From NCBI RefSeq assembly GCF_006345805.1, contig NC_043004.1, positions 83,204,001 through 83,268,000 of the forward strand: 64,000 bases of DNA, given 5' to 3'. This document shows, piece by piece, positions 55,118 to 64,000 of the stretch (positions are counted from its first letter, which is position 1; each line of letters begins with the position of its first letter). Both the position numbers and the translations under genes were made by a program. A model generated the notes under the pieces. It was given only the letters and a program-made list of their open reading frames with translations, was not told the origin of the DNA and searched no databases. Source of the DNA: Octopus sinensis (taxonomy: Eukaryota).

Positions 55118-55799
55118 AATTTCGTCTTTTTCACAACTGGTTGATTCCCTCTAAAAATATACACAGACCATGCAAGTGCTTCGACTTGGTTATTTATACT
55201 TGTGTGGTACGCAATTACTTATGGGACAAAGTCGTAACGGAGACGTCGCTCGTATATTAGTCACATAAGAATGGACGAATAGCAGCTTATACAAAATACA
55301 GCAAGTAACTTTTCTTCTTTATCCTTGTGGGAAATGAGTTCATGAATGTATACGTATATGTATATGTATTTTTGTATGTATATCTACCACTGTATTTCTC
55401 CACGCATCAAATCAGGTATAATCAGGTTTTTGATGGCTAATATATTTACAATAACAGCGATGCATTAATATCTATCAAATTATCTTACTTTTGTTTTTAA
55501 TTGGAAATTTGCGTGTGTTTGTCAGTTTATCCTAATTATTGGTTATACAGCAGTATGATGGTCAAATTCCTCTATCCACATACATACATAATACATACAT
55601 ACATACATACATGCACACATCCATACACATACTCACAAACACAGGCACACACACACACTCACACACACACACACACACACGCACACATCTACTACATATG
55701 TGGAGAATCGGTGTGTGTTTATTTGTTGCGTTGTTAGCTAACGCCTCCTATATCGTTTAATTGATATTGATGAAACTTGACATGTGAGTAGAACTCATT

Positions 55800-57090
55800 G
55801 TTGAAAAACTCGATAATAGGGCCCCTGAAAGGGACCTTTATATAACTAATTTTTTAAACACCCAAGGGAAACCCGACATGGTTTCCAACCAGGATGAAAC
55901 TGCCTGACTCAGCTCTTACGACACTTTGAAAGGGTATTGAAAAATCTGCTCAACCACTCAAATGTGGAGCTAATATATCTCGTCTTTGCAAAGGATTTCG
56001 ATCAAGTCGATCATAGAATGACATGTCACAAACTGCGTGATCGCAGCATAATCGAGAATTTGTGAGAATGTCTGCATGACTTTCTGAGAGATAGAAGTCA
56101 AACAGTAGTAGACAATGTGGCCTGTTTTAGAACCACTACTGTTCACAATGGGTCACTCAGATATACGCTCAGCCACACAGATTCTCACAGGTGATACAGA
56201 ATCTTGAAGAGGCTATGCATCAGCAACATGAGTTAGATGAAATATACAAGTAGGCTAAGAAGCACAGCAAGCAGTTTTAATGCTGAAAAGTTACAGGTCA
56301 TATGCTATCAGTACGCAAAATTAAATGCAATACCCAATAAATACACTGGACCTAAAGAGATTCCAATCCCAGAGACACAATCAGAGCGAGATGTATCCTT
56401 CCATGTGCATGTTGTTAAGTTGGCAATGAAATCCATGCAGCTGACTGGATGGATACTTAGAACTTTAAAAACGAGAGATCAGGAAACCATGATGGTCCTC
56501 TGGAGGATATTTTTTCTCAGACGCTTTGATTATTGCTCCCAGCTATGGTCACCAACCTGTGAAAAATTAATTGCAGAACTTGAAGCAATCCATCGAAGCT
56601 ACACGAAGAAGATAGTCTCTATGCAGCATATAAGCTACTGGGAAAGACTCAAGAGATTGAGACTTTTACCTGGGGTGTAGGCAGGAAAGATATACTGTAC
56701 TATACATGTGGAAGATCCTGGAGGGAATTGTCCCAAACTTTGTCATCGAGAGTTACGCCTTACTTGCTATCAAAATAGAGGACAGGATAATGCAATTGCC
56801 TGGGCTTTAAAAGACCACAGTTCTTCATTATTGTTTCAAAGGACCTGATTGACGTACAAGGGGTGGATGTAAATAACTTCAAAACAAAACTAGATCATTT
56901 ACAGCCAAGAGACGAACCAACTTCACAGCAGGCAGTGCAAATAAAAGCAGCGAAGTCACATTCCCTCATGCACCAAATATCAAGTTCTAAAAGGAACGGG
57001 TGAAGTAAAAATTATGTAGCAACACCAAATGGTGGTGTCCCAGGAGGCTACAGCTCGTAAGCTGGAACTTGCTCAATTCAAATTCAATTA
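55800..57090 (+). mobile_element. Highly degenerate copy of the CR1-group LINE family at 19.6-23.1 kb
   Basis: ORF 56237-56680 (WILRTLKTRDQETMMVLW...DYCSQLWSP) and a 3'UTR (gtgaagtaaaa...gtagcaacac.aaatgg.ggtg) match the 22-23 kb copy, with many deletions. Confidence 0.88.
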
Positions 57091-57277
57091 ATTTACGTTT
57101 ACGTAAGGATTATTGAATTTTTTTATGCAGGACTGACAGAAAATTACATAATCAATAGAGAATTGTTTTTTCGAAACTAAGCTTACTATCATTTCCTGCA
57201 CTTAGTAGAATCACTTCCGACATATCAACGAAATTACATAACCTTCAACATATCAATAACTAAGTAACTATAGGCTA

Positions 57278-57358
<81 letters not shown>

Positions 57359-57466
57359 TATATGTATAAATGCATAAAACACATATATACTTTTTTATAT
57401 ACATGTATAAACTTACATCTATCATTCAATGTACATATACGTATGCATATATGCATATATACATAC

Positions 57467-57524
<58 letters not shown>

Positions 57525-57623
57525 GTATGTATATGTATGTATGTATATATATATATATATATATATGCATATATATAATATACACACAATCGCACACACA
57601 TGCACACACATATATATACATTC

Positions 57624-57668
<45 letters not shown>

Positions 57669-57969
57669 TGGTGATTGAGTCCCCGCCTGAAGTGTATATG
57701 TGTATGCACATATGCATGTTTGCATCTGTATACGACATTCGATACTTAAGTATGCAACCACTTTTTAGGAGCGTGTAGATACACCAAGATTAATGTTTTT
57801 GCCAAACCTTCCCAAACAGTAAACATATACTTTTGAAAAGCCATTATACCTACGCCCATTTGTCGGACACTGATTTATTGAGAACCACAGAATGAAACAG
57901 TATATACAAGAAGCAACGTACATTAAGCCGATGTTATTAATTGAAAAATACCCTAAAATACACTAAACA

Positions 57970-58150
57970 TTGGCGCAGGCGTTGGGTAAGGATATGAATT
58001 CTTCCCAACAACATGGCTGGGGATTAGGTGTCAATGCGTGGCACCTTGGGCAAGTATTTTCTTCTCTATGCACAGGCTGACCATAGTTCTGGGAGTGGAT
58101 AGGTTTTGTCGTTTCTATTGTGGTAAGTGGTCCGTCCCCTGCTTGCAAAA
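57970..58150 (+). mobile_element. Degenerate tRNA-derived SINE
   Basis: tggcgcagg...tgcgtggcaccttgggcaagt...gagtggat, related to 62815-63105. Confidence 0.6.
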
Positions 58151-58341
58151 TATATCGGGTGCAGATTGCATCGAGTAATCAATTGTAGGAGGCGTCCTCC
58201 AGCGGTTAAAAATGGCATTAAAGACGTTTCCTAAAGAACAGCCATGTTTAAGTGTACATCACTTATATATATATATAAATATATATATATTTATATGTAT
58301 ATATATATATATCTATGTATGTATGTATGTATATATGTATA

Positions 58342-58377
<36 letters not shown>

Positions 58378-58383
58378 TATATG

Positions 58384-58493
<110 letters not shown>

Positions 58494-58535
58494 TATATAT
58501 ATATTATATATATGTATATATATATATGTATATAA

Positions 58536-58974
58536 CTGCCCTGATAAAACTACCTGCCCCCTCAACAACAACTGCCTACAGAGGGACCTAGTATATACAT
58601 GCGAGGTAAGATCAGGCCCCGACGATAAAAGAAAATCCTACATAGGAATGACGTCAAACAGCTTTAAGACCCGTTGGTACGCACACACACACTCGTTCCG
58701 GCGACAGGATAAATCCAACCAAACTACCCTCGCCGCCCACATCTGGTACCTTAAAAGGAATTCCATCCCCTTCAAGACCAAGTGGAAACTACTACAGAAG
58801 GCGCGCTCGTACACAGGAGGCCATACCTGCTGTGACCTCTGCATATCGGAGAGCCTAGAGATCTTGTTCGCCAAAGGCCCTCTCCTTAACAAAATCTCAG
58901 AACACTCCCCAAATTGTATGCATAAGAAGTATGCGAACTACAAGAACTATAGACCTACCCGGCAACCAGATTGA
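58536..58974 (+). mobile_element. Penelope-like element fragment (GIY-YIG endonuclease C-terminus)
   Basis: [18 protein letters not shown]...KSYIGMT...FKTRWYAH...SF...[10 protein letters not shown]...CDLCISE...LLNK...CMH is the GIY-YIG-type pattern of PLE endonucleases; no RT is present. Confidence 0.85.
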
Positions 58975-59170
58975 TGACACCCCACCCACAAAACCCCCCC
59001 AATCCCACCGTTCCCCTAGCACCCCCGATTACCTTTTCTCCTAAGACCTTTCACATATTGTATGTGCACGCTTGTAGATGTGTATCGTATATATGTATAG
59101 AAATGTATGGGTATAGTAGGATTATACGCATGTATTATGTGTGTGTGTGCGTGTATGTATGTAAAAAATA

Positions 59171-59215
<45 letters not shown>

Positions 59216-59450
59216 GTATATATATATATATATGTATGTGCGTGTGTGTGTGTGTGTGTATATATGTATAGATGTATGTATGTATATATGTATATTTGTG
59301 TGTATGCATTTGTATGTGTATATGTATGTGTGTATGTATATATATGTGTGTAAGTGTGTGTATATATGTAAATGTAAGTGTGTGTGCTTGTATGAGAATG
59401 TATGTATGTTTGCACACATGTATATATATGTGTGTGTATGTGTGTGTGTA

Positions 59451-59501
<51 letters not shown>

Positions 59502-59776
59502 ACATATATATATATATATATATATATGTGTGTATATGTGTGTGTATGTATATATATGTGTATGTGAGTGTGTGTGTATACATGTGTGTATGTGTATGTA
59601 TGTATGTATATATATGCGTGTGCATGGGTATATGTATATGTACATATGCGCGTACGCTCGTGTGTTTATGTATGTGTAGGTACGTAGAGTTATCTATGTG
59701 TGTATTTATATGTACATGTGTAAGTATGTATATATATGTATGTATGTGTATGTATATGTATGTGTGTGTGTGTGTG

Positions 59777-59825
<49 letters not shown>

Positions 59826-59890
59826 ATGTGTATATGTAGGTGTATGTGTGTATGTATATATTTATATATATGTGTGTGTATATATGTATG

Positions 59891-59949
<59 letters not shown>

Positions 59950-60108
59950 AAGTTTATTATATGTATGTATCCGTCTATATAATAGGTAACTGCACGTACA
60001 TATACTTAATATTTATTTCTTGAGTATGCATGTATGAATAACTGCGCGTATATATATTTACTATTTACTTATTCTTTGAGTATGCATGTTAGTATGAATA
60101 TATATATG

Positions 60109-60153
<45 letters not shown>

Positions 60154-60271
60154 GTACATGTATGTATTTGTATGTAGGTGTACATGTATGTATGTGTGTG
60201 TATTTATATTTATGGGTGTATATGTATAGACTAGCCTTCTAAGAGTGTAGACATGAATCTGTAGGTACGCG

Positions 60272-60303
<32 letters not shown>

Positions 60304-61174
60304 CATATATATATATGTACATGTATGTATTTGTATGTAGGTGTACATGTATGTGTGTGTATTTATATTTATTGGTGTATATGTATAGACTAGCCTTCTA
60401 AGAGTGTAGACATGAATCTGTAGGTACGCGTACGTATGTGTATATACGTGAATGTATGTAGATGTATGTATGTATGAATATAACGCGTGCGTGCGTGTAT
60501 GCGTATGAGTGTACGAATGAGTGAGTGTACGTGCTAAAGAGTGTGCGTGAGTGAATGAGTAATTGTTTTCCAGTAGACGGATAAATGGTCTGGCTGTCAT
60601 AGCCAAGATGTTTGTGACCAAGCGGCCAAAGATAACAAAAGTAATAAACGAAGATAATAAAATTAAAATTAGGGAATGGGTCTGTATTTGTATATGTATA
60701 TATATATGTGTGTTTGTGTAGGTATGCATGGGTACACATATGTATATATATATATGTGTATATATATATATATGTGTATGTATATATATGTGTATATGTA
60801 TGTGTATGTATGTATATATATGTGTATGTATGTGTATGTGTGGGTGTATATATATGTGTGTATGTGTATATATGTGTATATAGGGACTTGTGTGCTGTGT
60901 GTGCAGTGTGTGTATGGATTTGTGTGTGTATGCGTGTATGTGAGTATGTGTGTGTATGTGTATATATATATTTTTCTGTGTGTATATGTATGTGTGGTCG
61001 TGTGTGTATATATACATGTGTGTATACGTGTATGCAAGTGAGTGTGTGTATGTATACATATATATGTGTATGTGTAGATATGTATATGTATGTGTGAGTG
61101 TATATATGTGTGTATGTGTAGAGGTATAAGTGAGAATCTCCTTATTTACCTAAAACTCTATTCCCCCCTTTTTA

Positions 61175-61214
<40 letters not shown>

Positions 61215-61555
61215 TTTATTTTTTTATTTTTTTTATTTTTTTATTTATTTTTTTATTTTTTTATATTTTTTTATTTTCTATTTTTTTTTTTATTTTTTAT
61301 TTTTTATTTTTTATTTTTTATTTTTTATTTTTTATTTTTTATTTATTCCCCTATCTAATTTTACACTGACTCCTTGACCACTCCCCCAAGTATGATTTTT
61401 TGCGCTATGCCTACCCCCAAAAAAGTCCACCACCAACACCCCTTTAAACCTGCCTAAATGTATAAATGCCAATACAATTCTTGTTAACTAGCTTCCTGAA
61501 GATTTCTCTTGAATGAAACAGTTCTAGTCCTGTAGAAGCTCCTTCTATATAATAA

Positions 61556-61584
<29 letters not shown>

Positions 61585-61586
<2 letters not shown>

Positions 61587-62486
61587 GGATCATCCCATAA
61601 ATAATGTGTATATTTTTTCAGTTACAAGAACTAAAAGTTGGAGGGTGATGGGTTAAACAGCCTGCATCATCTTGCTATAAAAGCAGATCCGTGTACTTAT
61701 TCTTAGTGTTAGTGTCGAAGAGTGCAGTTCGATTTTATTGGTTATTTCTTCAAAGCTATAACTGAAGTCACAAAAGAGCATATTCGGTGTATTTTGCTTT
61801 ATGAGTTGAATAAAGGCAACAACAGAACGGGAATATTAATTCAGTATACGGGTATCTGGCAATAACTGTAAACCAGTGTCAACGGTGGCTCCAAACCTCC
61901 AAGCCAGAAACTACAGCATAAAAGACGAGCATCGTCCTAGAAGTTCTGTAGAGTTTGATGAGGACGTCCTGTAAACACTGGTGGAGCAAAAAACCACCGT
62001 AACTGTTGAAGAACTAGCAGAGAAGCTCGGATTGGCTCATTCAACCAGTCATTCAAATGAGCGCTACAAGAAAAACGATCATTTTTGGATTCAAGACCAA
62101 AGATGTTCTTCCATTAGGATAATGCTTGGCTGGACACAGCCTGGATGACATTCCCAAGGCTTGAGCAGTTTGAATAGCAAACGATGCCTCACCCACCATC
62201 TTCACCGGACATTGCCTCATCTGATTATCATATATTCCGCAGTTTTCAAACTCATTTAGATGCAAAAATACGAAATCTGTAGACGAGATTCAGAACTGTC
62301 CCGGAGGAGTATTTTTCGTCACCGACAGTGAATTTTGGAAACAAGAACTTGCTATTCTTCTTGATAAATGGAAGAGCATTGTAGAAATGAAAGAGAGTAT
62401 ATATAACATTAAAAAGTAACTATGTTTATCTTAAGTTTGAAAAATAAATGACTTAAAAACCGCATCATTTATGGGATAACCCATTA
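61585..62486 (+). mobile_element. Internally deleted, decayed Tc1/mariner (mariner-like) transposon
   Basis: Imperfect TIRs (ggatcatcccataaataatgtg / cgcatcatttatgggataaccc) in TA context. Remnant HTH (EFDEDVL..LVEQ..TVTVEELAEKLG) and catalytic C-terminus (HPPSSPDIASSDYHIFRS, cf. HPPYSPDLAPSDY). Confidence 0.85.
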
Positions 62487-62542
62487 TATATATTTTTGTG
62501 CGTGTGTGTGTATGTATATATGTATATATATATGTATATGTA

Positions 62543-62585
<43 letters not shown>

Positions 62586-62814
62586 TAGAAGATAATATAT
62601 ATACATACATATATATTGTATTTTGGAATGGTCTGTTTCAACACACGACTTCACATAAAAAATCTTTCACAACAAATATATAAACATACATATATACATA
62701 TATATATATATGTGTGTGTGTGTGTGTATTTATATGTATGAATATATATATATATATTCATTCATATAAATACACACACACTCACACACACACACACATA
62801 CACACACATATAAA

Positions 62815-63105
62815 CACAGACGTGGATTTGTGGAAAGAGTCTTATTTCCCAATCACTTGGATCCAGTTTCAGTCCCACTGCGTGTCACCTTGGGCTAGTA
62901 TGTTCATATTATATTGTCGGGTCGTCTAAAGCCTTGAGCGTAGATTTTTTATGTACGTGTTTGTGTGCGTATATGACTGTTCCCCCTACCATCACTTGAC
63001 AACCGATGCAAGTGCGTTCAAGTCTCCGTACCTTAACGGTTCTTCAAATCGATTCCTCATTGCGGCCGCACTCCAATGACCGAAACAGGTAAAAAGAATA
63101 AAAAT
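62815..63105 (+). mobile_element. tRNA-derived SINE with LINE-like 3' tail
   Basis: ttcagtcccactgcgtgtcaccttgggc core, an internal TG repeat, and a 3' end atgaccgaaacaggtaaaaagaataaaa. Confidence 0.65.
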
Positions 63106-63310
63106 ATATGATATAAGAAATATAACGTACGACACACCTTGTCTCAACAAGCCTACATTGCTCATTGCATGTACCTTGGTCCTCTGTATTTCATATTTAC
63201 TAAATTTTTCCGCTGTGAGTTTTTAAGATTTTGTTGTATTCAGAAATGCGTAAACTGCATACTTAATCCTCTTATTGGATTCTAATTGCGGATCTTATTG
63301 GATTCTAATT

Positions 63311-63515
63311 GCGGATCCGTGGAACAAGCTGCCAGACGAGATGGTGAAGATGCCGACGACCGCTTTGTTCAAAGCCTCCCTTGACCTCAAGTGGCCTGAA
63401 CTCTTTACATGAACACCACCCTGTACTTAACTCCATGTCCCCCTACATGGCCTTGCTATTTGCTTTTGAGCCAAATTAACTAACTAACTAACTAACTAAC
63501 AAACTAACTAACTAA
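63311..63515 (+). mobile_element. 3' tip of another CR1-type LINE with (AACT)n tail
   Basis: DPWNKLPDEMVKMPTTALFKASLDLKWPELFT* matches the CR1 ORF2 end WN.LP...FK..LD. It is preceded by a 23-bp tandem duplication (63270-63315). Confidence 0.75.
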
Positions 63516-64000
63516 TTTCATTGCAGGGCTATGTGTTATCACAGAAATTCCTGTTGTCTAAGTGAAATTCTGAGATAAGAATATGCCAACTCATTAAACG
63601 ATACATATATTTCACATTCTATGCTCTTGTACTCAGTTTAATGGCCCTAACGATGTTATGGTGTGTTGTATAAGCCCTGAGCTTATATATGTATATTTAT
63701 ATATGTATATATATATGTATGCGTAGCGGCACAAACAATCAGCGCCATATTAGATGAGATCGCGCGGCAGCCATTTCCCATCACCGAGACTGGAGCGACA
63801 CCTCACCTGCATCCATTTGCCATGCGCGAGATCACAACAAGGCTCGCGATGGCAAACCGGATATAAAGGCCCAACAAACATCCGATATCGGGAACCTTGC
63901 CACCCAATATATATGTGTATATGTGTGTGTGTGTGTGTGTGTTTGTGTGTGTGTTACTGTTTCACCACTACTGTACTAGCTATCGTTGTTTTTAATGTCC

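Noticed and set aside
58900-60700. Hammerhead ribozyme expected near the Penelope fragment
   Set aside because: No CUGA(U/A)GA...GAAA core with pairing stems was found by eye on either strand.

Overview
AT-rich eukaryotic genomic DNA, dense in (TA)n, (CA)n and (AAT)n microsatellites. The host is probably a coleoid cephalopod (Octopus-like); this is inferred from the repeat landscape and tRNA-type SINEs, not from a database search. The only host genes I can support are a same-strand (minus) tandem array of five long exons encoding a gustatory-receptor-like (GRL / 7TM ion channel, 7tm_7-like) protein, plus an inverted truncated sixth copy. Each exon has its own ATG, encodes about six hydrophobic helices, and ends at a GT(A)AGT/GTATGT phase-0 donor at the same codon after helix 6. 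Three exons are exactly 318 codons, exon 1 is 318 from its second Met (320 from the first) and exon 4 is 331. I found no convincing exon for the missing TM7 between the copies. This suggests a Gr28b/Gr39a- or protocadherin-like design in which variable first exons splice to shared C-terminal exon(s) left of the window; that part is inference. The spacers are filled with transposons: three families of single-ORF RLE-type (R4/Dong-like) LINEs nested in (TAA)n arrays, APE-type CR1/Jockey-group LINEs (one with a CCCH-finger ORF1 remnant), a Penelope GIY-YIG fragment, a deleted mariner, SINEs and a putative Helentron-type non-autonomous element. Most small ORFs in the supplied track are microsatellite or antisense artefacts.
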